Part shown: piece after piece, positions 29,131-39,335 of the stretch
How positions within the stretch are numbered: position 1 is the first letter of the stretch
Layout of the letters: every line of letters starts with the position of its first letter
IMG/VR virus record: IMGVR_UViG_3300031555_002904
From: a virus
Taxonomy: Duplodnaviria > Heunggongvirae > Uroviricota > Caudoviricetes
Reading direction: 5' to 3' (one strand)
Length of the DNA stretch: 64,000 nt
The notes under the pieces: generated by a model
What the model was told of the DNA's origin: nothing
What the model saw: the letters and a program-made list of their open reading frames with translations, nothing else
Database searches by the model: none
Translations under genes and position numbers: made by a program

Positions 29131-30888
29131 ATGGATTTATTGGCAAGACTTCCGGAAGAAGATAAGGATTTGATTCACCGCTATATTGCCTGGTATGGCG
29201 GCGGTGATTGTGAGACCGACTATTGCGTAATCAATCGCAACCGTATGGACTACTTCCTCCGGTATTGGGCGACCGCCAAGGCACCCTTCTACAAAATGTT
29301 CGGTGAGAAGTTTATTCTCAAGAGAGAAATCTCCTTCACCAAAAATACCGACGACCTCGAAGAGGAAATGGATGATATCCTGCGTCGGAGTGCAGATGTT
29401 CCTACTCTGACTTTCCGCCGTGAGTATATCGCTTTCATCGAGAATCATTACGATATGTCTTTTGAACTGCGCTATCAACTGAAGCGTTTCGTCAATGATA
29501 CCTCTATGCTCGTCAGAAATGTATATGACGGCGATCCCATCGTAATTCCGAGTCAGTTTACCAAGAATGGACATCCTCTGCAAATCAATTCTGGTGCCAA
29601 GGCTATCAAGATGCTTGGCAAGATTTGCTCTGCTTTGGATTTTTCCGTCAAGATGTACTACTGTGAGGATTGCGGTTACTGGGATCTGTACCGCCAGCCC
29701 GGTAAATGCCATTGCGGTAGTGACAAGCCGTTGAAAGAATTTGATGGCTATGAGTCATTCCGCCGAGCCCATTCTCTGGCATTGAACCAGAAGACCGTTC
29801 GTGGCAATCTGTGTCTGAGTATCCATCCGCTGGACTTTATCACTATGTCCGACAATGAGTGCGGCTGGAGCTCCTGTATGAGCTGGATGGAAGAGGCGGG
29901 TGATTACCGCCTTGGCACTATCGAAATGATGAACTCTGAAAGTGTCATCATCGCCTATATTGAGGCGAAAGAAGATATGTGTATTTGCAACGCTGACGAT
30001 AAGTGGAACAATAAACGCTGGCGTCAGTTAATCATTGTTACCCCCGAACTCGTTCTCGGCAACAAGCAGTATCCATACTTCAATGATGTGGTGCAGGGCA
30101 CCGCACTTAGATGGATCAGAGATCTTGCGGCCGGCACCGATTTCTCTGGCACTCCTTATATGAGCTACGGCCCCTATGATGAGGAGAGCGTCCAGATTAG
30201 CAACCAGAATACCAATACCATCGGCAATCGTCGTGTGCGTTTCAACCTGTATATGGGTGGTTATATGTATAACGACATTTATGATTTGCGGATGGGCTTT
30301 ATGAAGAGCAACTGGGATGGCACTGATCTGAGTATTGATCTGTGCGGACCTGCCGTGTGTACTTCCTGCGGCGACATTATTCCCAGTCAAGATGTCGAAT
30401 CCAGCTGGACCACTTGCCGCGACTGTAATGGTATGTGGCAGTGTGCCAAATGTGGTGACTGGCATTATGGAGAACCCTACTATGCGGCAGATACTGACCG
30501 CAACTACTGTGAATATTGTTATTCACACGAACTGCACGAATGTGAAGTCTGCGGAGACCGAGTGGAGCACATCAACAATGTATTTATCGAGCTGATTCCC
30601 GCAGGTAAGTGCCCCGAAGATCTGGTTTGTTATAACTGGACTTATAAAATCCCGATGTGTGACTGTTGTATGCGTCGCCCCGAAGACTATGAGGTTACTC
30701 TCGGCGAGTTGAAAGAAACTGCCGATATGTGGGGTCGCATTAGAGTCGTTGCCCGAATTGAAAATATCAATGATGAGGGACTTAGTCGTGGAGACCTTCC
30801 CGACGATGTCTTCAATGTACTCACCAAAATCAGAGATGCAAAGAGCATCGAAGAGAGGATTGCCTTGATTCGGCAGTACATTGATTGA
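29131..30888 (+). CDS. large conserved-type phage protein with Zn-finger C-terminus (paralog of 33425-34819)
   Basis: LSIHPLDFITMS..WSSC..GDYRLG..KRWRQ..GNKQYPY; many CxxC. Confidence 0.75.
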   Translation: MDLLARLPEEDKDLIHRYIAWYGGGDCETDYCVINRNRMDYFLRYWATAKAPFYKMFGEKFILKREISFTKNTDDLEEEMDDILRRSADVPTLTFRREYIAFIENHYDMSFELRYQLKRFVNDTSMLVRNVYDGDPIVIPSQFTKNGHPLQINSGAKAIKMLGKICSALDFSVKMYYCEDCGYWDLYRQPGKCHCGSDKPLKEFDGYESFRRAHSLALNQKTVRGNLCLSIHPLDFITMSDNECGWSSCMSWMEEAGDYRLGTIEMMNSESVIIAYIEAKEDMCICNADDKWNNKRWRQLIIVTPELVLGNKQYPYFNDVVQGTALRWIRDLAAGTDFSGTPYMSYGPYDEESVQISNQNTNTIGNRRVRFNLYMGGYMYNDIYDLRMGFMKSNWDGTDLSIDLCGPAVCTSCGDIIPSQDVESSWTTCRDCNGMWQCAKCGDWHYGEPYYAADTDRNYCEYCYSHELHECEVCGDRVEHINNVFIELIPAGKCPEDLVCYNWTYKIPMCDCCMRRPEDYEVTLGELKETADMWGRIRVVARIENINDEGLSRGDLPDDVFNVLTKIRDAKSIEERIALIRQYID

Positions 30889-30982
30889 TTTTTCAAAAAA
30901 AATATGTTATAATATATATGTAAGGTAAAGAGAGAAAAACCTTGCAGAAAAAAAATAAAAAAAGAATTTTTGAAAGGTATAG

Positions 30983-31399
30983 GTGCAAACTATGGAAAAG
31001 ATTACCAAGCGTGAAATGTATGAAGCTATCAAGGAGACTTTCGAGACCGGTTCCTGCAAGTACGATGCTGCCACTGTGACTGCGTTCTGCGACAAGGAGA
31101 TCGCCGCCCTGGACGCCAAGGCTGCCAAGGCTAAGGAGCGCGCTGCTGCCAAGAAGGCTGAAGCCGATATTCTGATGGGCCAGGTTGAGGACGCTCTGAC
31201 CGATGAGTACCAGGTCATCGCCGATATCGCCGCTACTGTCGCCGGCGTGAATCCCGACGCTACCGTATCCAAGGTTACCTACCGTCTGGGTAAGCTGGTC
31301 GAAGCCGGTGTTGCCGAGAAGACCCAGGTCACCATTCCCGCTACCGAGACTTCCAAGGCTCGTAAGGTTCAGGCCTACCGTGCCGTTGTGACTGACTAA
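30983..31399 (+). CDS. wHTH DNA-binding protein (distant paralog of 8209/12029)
   Basis: KITKREMY..FCDKEIAAL..TVSKVTYRLGKLVEAGVAEK. Confidence 0.7.
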   Translation: MQTMEKITKREMYEAIKETFETGSCKYDAATVTAFCDKEIAALDAKAAKAKERAAAKKAEADILMGQVEDALTDEYQVIADIAATVAGVNPDATVSKVTYRLGKLVEAGVAEKTQVTIPATETSKARKVQAYRAVVTD

Positions 31400-31612
31400 T
31401 CTCGGTCTGATGTAATACTTCCCGCCCCTCTCACAAGCGCTGAGAGGGGCGGCTTTTTTATTGTCTAACATAATGTTCCACAAGCCTGCTCCGGCCGGCG
31501 ACGCGCGCAAAGTCCGAAACGCCCAAATAGAAAATCGGTTTAGAAATTTTTTGTTCCAAAAGTTGAAAAACTTGAAAAAAAATGTTATAATATAATAAAG
31601 GAGTGTGATTAT

Positions 31613-32422
31613 ATGCGTTACTGTGTATCTGGTAGACAACCTTATTCAGTTCTCAAACGAGCTGATGAAATCAAGGTTGCATATGCCGATCGGGACCGCA
31701 TTCTCGACTTTGTTGAGAAGTTACCCGATAAAGTAATTATTTTGGAATTGCCAGGAGATGCTGAATATGAGTGGTCTACCTGGGAAATGTATAGTGAGAA
31801 GTTTAGTGAATTTTACATCGCTTCTCACAGACTTGACCGCTTCAAGGATTTCCAAGAGCACAATATCAAATGGTATTGGCCTTATCCCATTACCTCATTC
31901 TATGAATTAGGTATGATTATGGATTTGGATCCTTCATATGTGATGGTTGGTCCACCTTTGAGCTTTGATTTAGATCAGGTGTTTAATAATACCTATTATG
32001 ACGGTAGTACCGATCAGTGTCCTGTGCGTATGGTAGTCAATAATGCAAAGCCTTCATATTTGGCCGCCCAGGGAGTAGGCACTGGATTACGCGGTCAATG
32101 GGTGCGTCCAGAAGATGCAAAGTTGTATTCTACCCGCGTACAATGTTTTGAATTTGAAAATGTAGATTTGAAGCAAGAAGAAGTATTGCTTCATGTTTAC
32201 AAGGAAAATCAAACATGGCCTGGCAACCTGAACTTATTGATTCAAAACCTGAATTTCAATGTAGACAACAGAGCAATTCCAGAAGAGCTGGGAGAAGCTC
32301 GAATGGATTGCGGCCAGCGGTGCTGGTCTACCTCAGGGTGCCGTTTGTGCGAGAGCGCCTTCCGCTTCGCCGACAATGTGCGTAAAGAGAAGCTTCGCCG
32401 CAACCAAGAAGATAAAGATTGA
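31613..32422 (+). CDS. hypothetical protein (possibly U32-peptidase-like/Fe-S C-terminus)
   Basis: C-terminal RMDCGQRC..CRLC cluster; family call is weak. Confidence 0.6.
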   Translation: MRYCVSGRQPYSVLKRADEIKVAYADRDRILDFVEKLPDKVIILELPGDAEYEWSTWEMYSEKFSEFYIASHRLDRFKDFQEHNIKWYWPYPITSFYELGMIMDLDPSYVMVGPPLSFDLDQVFNNTYYDGSTDQCPVRMVVNNAKPSYLAAQGVGTGLRGQWVRPEDAKLYSTRVQCFEFENVDLKQEEVLLHVYKENQTWPGNLNLLIQNLNFNVDNRAIPEELGEARMDCGQRCWSTSGCRLCESAFRFADNVRKEKLRRNQEDKD

Positions 32423-32477
32423 TTTTTATAAAAAAAAATGGTATAATATAATATAAGAAATAAAAGGAGGAAACTTT

Positions 32478-33461
32478 GTGCGAGTCTTGAGTGAAAAAGA
32501 TTATAGACTATTTGAACGATTAGTATCTCTGACTGAGAAAGAAATGGTTCGAGCGATGTCTCAATATCTCAAAGATAAGTATGACAAGAATGTAATTATC
32601 ACAAAGGATTACATTATTGCTATTGGAGATATTCCCATTGCCTTGGTCGCTCATATGGATACTGTATTCAAAACTCCTGTATCTGATTTATATTATGACC
32701 AGCGTAAAGGTGTATTGTGGAGTCCGGAGGGTCTTGGTGCCGATGACCGGGCTGGCATTTTCGCCATTATTAAAATATTGCAGGAGGGCTTGCGGCCGTC
32801 CATTATCCTCACCACAGGTGAAGAAGATGGCGGCGTAGGCGCTTGCGCTATCTGTGATAAATATCCCGATTGTCCGATTCCAGGACTTAAATATATGATT
32901 CAGTTAGATCGTCGAGGCACAAATGATTGTGTGTTCTATGATTGTTATTGCCCCGAATTTGTGGATTATGTTGAGAGTTTTGGGTTCTGTGAACGATGGG
33001 GTTCTTTTACCGACATTAGTTTCTTGATGCCGGAATGGCAGATCGTCGGTGTGAATCTGTCTGTTGGCTATGAAGACGAACATAGTCATACTGAAATTTT
33101 GAATGTCAATCCGCTTTTTGATACTATCCGTAAAGTCAAAAAGATGTTATCTGAGAAAGATATTCCAGATTTTGTATATGACGAAGTGGTTGCTTCTACC
33201 TCTGCTTGGTGGAGACAGAGTATCTTCGGTCAGCATTGCAGCAAATGCAAGAAACTTCATTCTGAATATGAACTATTCCCCGTGATGGGAATTGATGGAA
33301 AAGTAAAATACTACTGCCCCGATTGCATTGTTGGCAACGTGGAGTGGTGCGAAGAGTGCGGCGAGGCCTTCGAAATCGCTTCTCCGACTACTACGAAATT
33401 ATGCAAGGAGTGCGAAAAAGAAGTATGTATGAAGACATCAAATCCCAATTCCGAGAAGTAA
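32478..33461 (+). CDS. M28-family zinc peptidase with C-terminal Zn fingers
   Basis: VAHMDTV, GLGADDRAG, GEEDGGVGA, QLDRRG, GYEDEH. Confidence 0.8.
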   Translation: MRVLSEKDYRLFERLVSLTEKEMVRAMSQYLKDKYDKNVIITKDYIIAIGDIPIALVAHMDTVFKTPVSDLYYDQRKGVLWSPEGLGADDRAGIFAIIKILQEGLRPSIILTTGEEDGGVGACAICDKYPDCPIPGLKYMIQLDRRGTNDCVFYDCYCPEFVDYVESFGFCERWGSFTDISFLMPEWQIVGVNLSVGYEDEHSHTEILNVNPLFDTIRKVKKMLSEKDIPDFVYDEVVASTSAWWRQSIFGQHCSKCKKLHSEYELFPVMGIDGKVKYYCPDCIVGNVEWCEECGEAFEIASPTTTKLCKECEKEVCMKTSNPNSEK

Positions 33462-34819
33462 TCGCTTATTCTCAGTGTATTTCCAGTCCTTAGATTGATG
33501 ATTTATTTACTCTTTGGGAATCGTCTAAGGCAAAGTTTATTGAGCGATTTGGCGGTTTGATTTATGAATGGCCCAATCCTATTGAGTTCCATTTGGACTC
33601 TCAAACGAAAAAATATCGCATTATGGAGTTTGCGAATCAGGTAAATGATACATATCATAATCCCGATTTGGCGCACTTTATTGATGAAAATTTAGACTCA
33701 TTTTTTGATAATCGAGTTTCTAATACTACTGGTAGACAGATTCCAGAAGGTATGAAGCTCATCAAGGCTTTCAAGTTTTTTGAGGATGATAAGAAAGTAT
33801 TGCGTAATCTGCAAGATATGGCAAGTATTCTTATCCAAGAGAATAAGGTTGTTGGTACTTTGTGTTTCTCCGTTCATCCGCTCGATTTTCTGAGTAGTAG
33901 TGAGAATACATATAACTGGCGCAGTTGTCACGCTCTCGATGGAGAATATCGAGCTGGCAATTTAAGCTATATGGTTGATACTACCACATTTATGGTATAT
34001 CTCAAAGGCGCAGATGATGTTATTCTTGCGGGCTTCGGTCCAGAAGTGAAATGGAACTCGAAGAAATGGCGTATGTTGATTCATACTGCTGAAGATGATA
34101 AGATTATGTTTGCGGGACGCCAGTATCCATTCTCTTCATTTGATGGTATTACGCAAGTCCTCAATATTTATAATAATCTAATGCAACAGCCTTCCGATAA
34201 TCCTTTTGGAGGATATAGTCGATTTAGGTATAATAATTGGCGAGCTGATTATGTCAATGGTTATGTGCCTTATGATGCTGCATATGATACAGAACCTGTA
34301 CCTCTTGATGATAAGTATATCGTTTTCAATAATCAATTAGTCGGATTGCATGATGTAGTGAAACAGGGTCCAGGAGCAATGAATTACAATGATATTCTTT
34401 GTTCCACTTGTTACGAATTTCCATACTATGCTGTTTATGATACTTGGTGCTATGAAAGTCCCGAACGACTGAGACATAATCCAATTGTTGTAGGCGGTGA
34501 AATCACTTGTTTGCACTGCGGCCAGGCTGTCGTTCGGAATCCTGAAACAATGCGCTGCGATGATTGTGAAATGGAATATGGGTATGAAGAAAATGATGTA
34601 TACGGCTCATGCTCTTGTTGCGGTCGACGCATCTATTTAGACGATGCTCCATATGTCGGTCGATATGATGAACCCGTATGTGACAGCTGTTTCCAAGAAA
34701 GATGTTTTGTCTGTGATAGTTGCGGCAGTGCATATTTCAAAGAAGATGCAAATTATATAACATATGAAGATGGGGATGATGCAATGGTGTGTCCTCATTG
34801 TTACGAACAATATAAGTGA
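33425..34819 (+). CDS. large phage protein with Zn-finger C-terminus (1 in-frame TAG=Gln at 33491)
   Basis: MYEDIKSQFREVIAYSQCISSP*IDDLFTLWESSKAKF... joins the 33557 ORF in frame; W..AK..F motif aligns with the 29131 paralog. Confidence 0.75.
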
Positions 34820-34836
34820 TAAAGGAGAAAAATGAA

Positions 34837-35151
34837 ATGGCAAAGGGTGCTAATGCAAAGATCGAAGTCCAGAAGCGAATTGCACAGGCTTTTGGAGATA
34901 ATTATATCGGTGAATACGATAAGAAAATTTATGTATGGGCTAATGATGGTGGTGAAACCGTTCAGATCGCCATTTCTTTGACCTGCCCTAAAGTCCCCGT
35001 TGAAGTAAGTGCGGCCCCCGTGACCGGCGACTTCAATTTTGAAGATGATACACCCAATGTGGTGGTTGCGGCTGGTGCTTATCAGCCTGCAGAGATTTCA
35101 CCTGAAGAGCGCGCGAGAGTCAATGATCTGATGAAGATGCTTGACCTATAA
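34837..35151 (+). CDS. hypothetical protein
   Basis: AAGGAG RBS. Confidence 0.7.
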   Translation: MAKGANAKIEVQKRIAQAFGDNYIGEYDKKIYVWANDGGETVQIAISLTCPKVPVEVSAAPVTGDFNFEDDTPNVVVAAGAYQPAEISPEERARVNDLMKMLDL

Positions 35152-35282
35152 GATCGGCTGGGCGAATCTATTCAATATGGGGAATGTAATTTTTAGAATA
35201 ATTACATTCCCCATTTTTTACGCATTTGATTTTTATAAAAAAATATGATATAATATATATGTAAAGAATGAAAGATAAATAT

Positions 35283-35357
35283 AGGGGAGTCGTCTAACGG
35301 CTAGGACTACAGTCTCCAAAACTGTGTATTGGGGTTCGAATCCCTACTCCCCTGCCA
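35283..35357 (+). tRNA. tRNA-Trp(CCA)
   Basis: cloverleaf; ACAGT-CTCCAAA-ACTGT; CCA end. Confidence 0.9.
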
Positions 35358-35358
35358 C

Positions 35359-35477
35359 CGGTAGTTAGTTTAAGGTAAAACCACCTCCGTGGATCGAGGA
35401 GGAAGTAATTGAACGAGTAGTCCTTTGTAGGGTGAAACACTCAATGAAAGATGTCGTTCGGAGCGACACTATCGCCA
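35359..35477 (+). ncRNA. tRNA-like RNA with anticodon arm replaced by a ~65-nt insert
   Basis: CGGTAG/CTATCG-CCA acceptor, GTTT..AAAC D arm, TGTCG-TTCGGAG-CGACA T arm. Confidence 0.5.
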
Positions 35478-35545
35478 TTAAAAAGTCTTTCTTGATTTTT
35501 ATAAAAAAATATGTTATAATATTTATGTAAGATAAAGGAAAGGAA

Positions 35546-35941
35546 ATGATAGCGATGGAAAAACGATATTACTTCGATAAACCAAAGCAAGTTGTTTTTG
35601 CCGACCCGGAAAATCCGGGAGATTGGCTGTGTGGTATCGCATACCGTGATGAGGTAATTTGCTCCTGTTGTGGTGGCGTATTCGAGATCGATGAAGTGGT
35701 GAAGACCGCTGCGGAAGACGGCGTCGTCAATCCTTTTTATCTGTATGAGGATTGGAGCGATCTGACCGATGATATTTGCGGCGGCGTGCTTCCGGAAGGA
35801 TTACAGTTCAGCGACAGCGAAGAGAATCCTGGGATCGTGGAGACCGTAAAAGTCGTTGGTTACGAGCAGATGATGTTCGAAGACGAGATTGATAAGGTCG
35901 GCGCATTTTTGACTGAGGCTTCTGAAAATCCTGCTGAATAA
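35546..35941 (+). CDS. hypothetical protein
   Basis: after promoter and RBS; GIAY.DEVICSCCGG motif. Confidence 0.7.
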   Translation: MIAMEKRYYFDKPKQVVFADPENPGDWLCGIAYRDEVICSCCGGVFEIDEVVKTAAEDGVVNPFYLYEDWSDLTDDICGGVLPEGLQFSDSEENPGIVETVKVVGYEQMMFEDEIDKVGAFLTEASENPAE

Positions 35942-36053
35942 AAAAATCTTTCTTGATTTTTCAAAAAAAATATGTTATAATATATATGTAAGGTAAAGAA
36001 AGTGATATGCACGGATTGCTTTCTTTCTCCATACAACCTTTTCCATTGTAAAA

Positions 36054-36230
36054 AAGACGGTAACAGCAATTATGACGAGCTTGTGGTGCCGCAGGTCGTT
36101 GGTTCGAGTCCAACCGTCCCTCCCATCACCTGGCAAGGTGGCGTAGGTGAACTACTAAGGGGACCTTCGGGTCCCTGATATGAGGGGCGTAGCTCAGCTG
36201 GATAGAGCAGCGTATGTCAAATTCCGTCTT
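36054..36230 (+). ncRNA. ACAGCAA-stem RNA A, enclosing circularly permuted tRNA-His(GUG)
   Basis: AAGACGG/CCGTCTT termini; 3' tRNA piece 36079-36125 precedes 5' piece 36182-36212. Confidence 0.8.
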
Positions 36231-36612
36231 GGCAAAATAAAAATCAAGGGCAAAAGTGCTTATTTGATTTTTATAAAAAAATATGATATAATATATATGT
36301 AAGGTAAAGGAAATGTGAAAACTCTCCTCAAGAGAAATGACTCGACATTCTGCTAATGCCTCGAGGGTGAAGTACTTGAGAATAAGATCCATTTCTGAGA
36401 AGCTCTCATCAAGTTGACGCAGGTAGCAGCTGGTCCGGGACTTCGATCATCTTCTCACCTTACATATGTGTTATATCAACACAGAAAGGTAGAATCTCGT
36501 ATACCTTGGGTGGGACCAAAAGTACGACGGCAGATGCAAGCGAGAAGTATCCGGGTCTAGCCATGGACTCATGTAACCGGGGAATACCCATCCCAAAATG
36601 GCAACTAAATAT

Positions 36613-36688
36613 TGCCCTGTAGCTCAGTCGGTAGAGCGCCAGACTGTTAATCTGGATGTCGTGGGTTCGAGCCCCACCGGGGCAGCCA
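36613..36688 (+). tRNA. tRNA-Asn(GTT)
   Basis: cloverleaf, CCA. Confidence 0.92.
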
Positions 36689-36956
36689 AGGTCGAGTTTG
36701 TTGGAGTGACGAGAGACCTTAAACTAAACCAACCTCCAGAGGTTCCAGTTATGTAGCTTCTCTGTATAATATAAGCCATAACTATTGGAAAAGCAAAAAT
36801 TCCAGCAATCAACAAATGTGCGGTTAGCTGACCCAAAGCTAAACACTACTCCTTTCATTCGCATGGAGTAGATGGTGGGTTATCATCTGAGAAAAATCCC
36901 TTAAAAGCCACTGTGGTAGATGTGGGCCTGTGGCTGCCATAATCACAGTTCCATCT

Positions 36957-37039
36957 CCGGGTATGGTGGAATTGGTAGACACGTCGGATTTAGGTTCCGA
37001 TGCTCCGCGTGATGGGTTCGAGTCCCTCTACCCGGACCA
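36957..37039 (+). tRNA. tRNA-Leu(TAG)
   Basis: class II cloverleaf, CCA. Confidence 0.9.
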
Positions 37040-37253
37040 CAGGTTTGTAGGTTTTTCCTGTGCGAAGAAAAAAATCACTAAACAGCTCTACGGGCATATA
37101 GCACGAGCTTGAGTCAAAAAAATATGATGTATGCGGGTGGTTGGCAACTCCATCAGTACATAAATAAGTTGCATTTCCATATGGCTGTCCGGGTGGCAGG
37201 GGCAATGGCGCCCCGTAAGAAACAGGAGTTCAACTCTCCAGACGGTCGTCTAT

Positions 37254-37331
37254 GGGGTCATAGCTCCAACTGGAGAGAGCGACTGCCTTGCAAGCAGTAG
37301 GTTGTGGGTTCGAGTCCCACTGGCTCCACCA
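37254..37331 (+). tRNA. tRNA-Ala(TGC)
   Basis: G3.U70, cloverleaf, CCA. Confidence 0.92.
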
Positions 37332-37334
37332 TAT

Positions 37335-37408
37335 GCTGATGTAGCTCAGTCGGGAGAGCGGTCCCTGTAGGAGGGGACAGGCCGGCGGTTCGAGTCCGTC
37401 CATTGGCT
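37335..37408 (+). pseudogene. tRNA-like element with irregular anticodon loop, no CCA
   Basis: D and T arms canonical; loop TGTAGGAG is 8 nt. Confidence 0.5.
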
Positions 37409-37420
37409 TATTACTAAAAG

Positions 37421-37492
37421 ATCCGGTAGTTCAACAAGGCAAGAACGCTCGCAGTAATAGGAGTGATGCAGGTTCGATTCCTGTCCGGAAAA
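37421..37492 (+). pseudogene. degenerate tRNA-like element
   Basis: TCCGG/CCGGA acceptor, GTTC..GAAC D arm, GCAGG-TTCGATT-CCTGT T arm. Confidence 0.45.
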
Positions 37493-37872
37493 AGTCCTCG
37501 TACTCTAGGGGTTTCGAGAATCGGGGCCAGAGCCATACTAATAAGTGGCCTGTTACATACAAAGAAGCCCACTAAATAGGTCTTTTTGTGAGATGGTTTT
37601 TCCCTTACTGACTCCCGAGGTTTGACCGATAACTACAATCTCAAGACGAGAAAGGGAAGTTTGCTGGTAAAGCTAGAAAAACCAGACGATTGGAGACTAG
37701 TCGGATTGAGTTGACGGCCTTGTGTGGGGCGCTAAGAATGCACGGGTGTATGATGGTGACAACGACCAGCCGTAAGTGAGAGTTGTTCGGTGAAGCTGCC
37801 GGAGAGGGAGTGCACGCCCTCGAAATGCGTTTTAGATCGAGGTTTCGCGGAGCCTCTAAAAAACCGCCATAT

Positions 37873-37959
37873 GGGGATATGGTGGAATCGGTAGACGCGC
37901 TAGACTCAAAATCTGGTGACCGAGAGGTCGTGTGGGTTCGAGTCCCACTATCCCCACCA
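37873..37959 (+). tRNA. tRNA-Leu(CAA)
   Basis: class II cloverleaf, CCA. Confidence 0.92.
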
Positions 37960-38090
37960 AAAGGTAACTAAGGAAATTGAAAACGCAATCGTAAGTGCGT
38001 GAGTCCTAAGAGCGAGACACCGAAAGTAGGGCTTTATGCCGCGGCACACTGACACGACCAGTCCCTAGCCGATTAGTTACTTTTATATTT

Positions 38091-38177
38091 GCCTTTGTGA
38101 TGGAATTGGTAGACATCCCAGACTAAGAATCTGGTATCCGCAAGGGTGTGCGAGTTCGAGTCTCGCCAGAGGCACCA
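38091..38177 (+). tRNA. tRNA-Leu(AAG)
   Basis: CCAGA-CTAAGAA-TCTGG; A34. Confidence 0.88.
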
Positions 38178-38308
38178 TAAGAGGAATCCGAAAAATAAAG
38201 AATGTGGAGCGACAGTAGGCGACCTGTGAGTGTAGCTACCAATACCAGGCAACGCGCGTACGGCAGCAGGCAGATGCGGATTAGTTGCAACCCTCTTTTT
38301 TCACTCGC

Positions 38309-38378
38309 ACCAAGAGAGACGGAGGTTCAAATCCTTCCTTCGGCCGAGTAGTTTAGGCAGGTCCAGAACGCTCTTGGT
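38309..38378 (+). ncRNA. permuted tRNA mimic (T arm, closed acceptor hairpin, D arm; YrlA-like topology)
   Basis: CCAAGAG/CTCTTGG closing stem; GGAGG-TTCAAAT-CCTTC; CTTCGGCCGAG; GTTT..GAAC. Confidence 0.6.
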
Positions 38379-38384
38379 TCATAT

Positions 38385-38471
38385 GCCCTTGTGATGGAAC
38401 TGGTAGACTTCTTAGACTCAGAATCTAAGGTCCGAAAGGGCGTGCGGGTTCAAGTCCCGCCGAGGGCACCA
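38385..38471 (+). tRNA. tRNA-Leu(CAG)
   Basis: class II cloverleaf, CCA. Confidence 0.92.
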
Positions 38472-38815
38472 TAGTATAATATCCGGTAGCTAACTCCTGG
38501 CTGGCCTATAAAAAACTGAGAGCTCGTAAAAAATGCATGAGGGTTCGGGAACGGTATTATACTAACCACCGTGGTATGCACGGCAAAAACCGAGGTATAA
38601 GAGTGATATAAAGTGTGTGAGTAAAGCGGAAAGGCTCAATCACCGCCTAGCTGAGGGGCACACGCAGAGTTTGGTCCGGTTCTCTGATTTTTTATCAAAA
38701 CAAGATGGCAGGAAAGTAGAGTCCTGGATATGCGGAGTTCGGTACGCCCCTACTCGCGACATATAAACCTGTGAAGCGCAAGCAGGACTTGTTGAGGTAT
38801 GTGTGATTTATCACA

Positions 38816-38912
38816 GAGTGTGTGGCGAAAAATAAAACTAAACGCGCTCCGGACAACGGGGTGCCGGGCCTGGACGCTTGGCTTGCGGGGGAGGATCCCG
38901 TCGCACTCACCA
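38816..38912 (+). ncRNA. class-II tRNA-like RNA with non-canonical T and anticodon loops
   Basis: GAGTGTG/CGCACTC-ACCA acceptor; long variable hairpin; T loop GGAGGAT. Confidence 0.45.
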
Positions 38913-38988
38913 ATATAGTTGTGGGCGTATAAGACTCAAAACCCTCATCCTCCAATAATACTGCGCAGACTATTGGAGGGCAATATTT

Positions 38989-39067
38989 GGGCTGTGGGAC
39001 TGCTTGGGGTGGTCACCTGTCTGGCAGACAGGACGGCAGATCGGTTCAAATCCGATACGGTCCACCA
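38989..39067 (+). tRNA. tRNA-Ala(GGC)
   Basis: G3.U70; CCTGT-CTGGCAG-ACAGG; atypical D arm. Confidence 0.8.
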
Positions 39068-39126
39068 GGTCTATTTAGACCTCCTTTTCCAAACCATTTA
39101 GACATCGACCGCAAGAAATTGTGATT

Positions 39127-39236
39127 CGCAGACTAGCTTAACTGGATATAGACCCGAGATCGCTTTACCGGTCAACAAAGGGTGAGAGCATCTCCCTTCA
39201 AAGGAGAAGATTGGGGTTCGAGTCCCCAGTCCGTGC
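39127..39236 (+). tRNA. tRNA-like gene with UCA anticodon and ~40-nt D-loop insertion
   Basis: TCTCC-CTTCAAA-GGAGA; TGGGG-TTCGAGT-CCCCA; no encoded CCA. Confidence 0.5.
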
Positions 39237-39335
39237 CGTAGCAAAAATGGTGTCTAGTAAAAAAAATCTTCCTTGATTTTTATAAAAAAATATGTTATAA
39301 TATATATGTAAGATAAAGGAAGAGAGGTAATCAAA

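Noticed and set aside
38478-38525. preQ1-I riboswitch-like TATAAAAAACT tail (also AGAGGTTCCAG at 36739)
   Set aside because: Stem, loop and tail do not occur together in the right arrangement, and there is no downstream gene.
39127-39236. tRNA-Sec
   Set aside because: It lacks the long variable arm and extended acceptor, and no sel genes are in the window.
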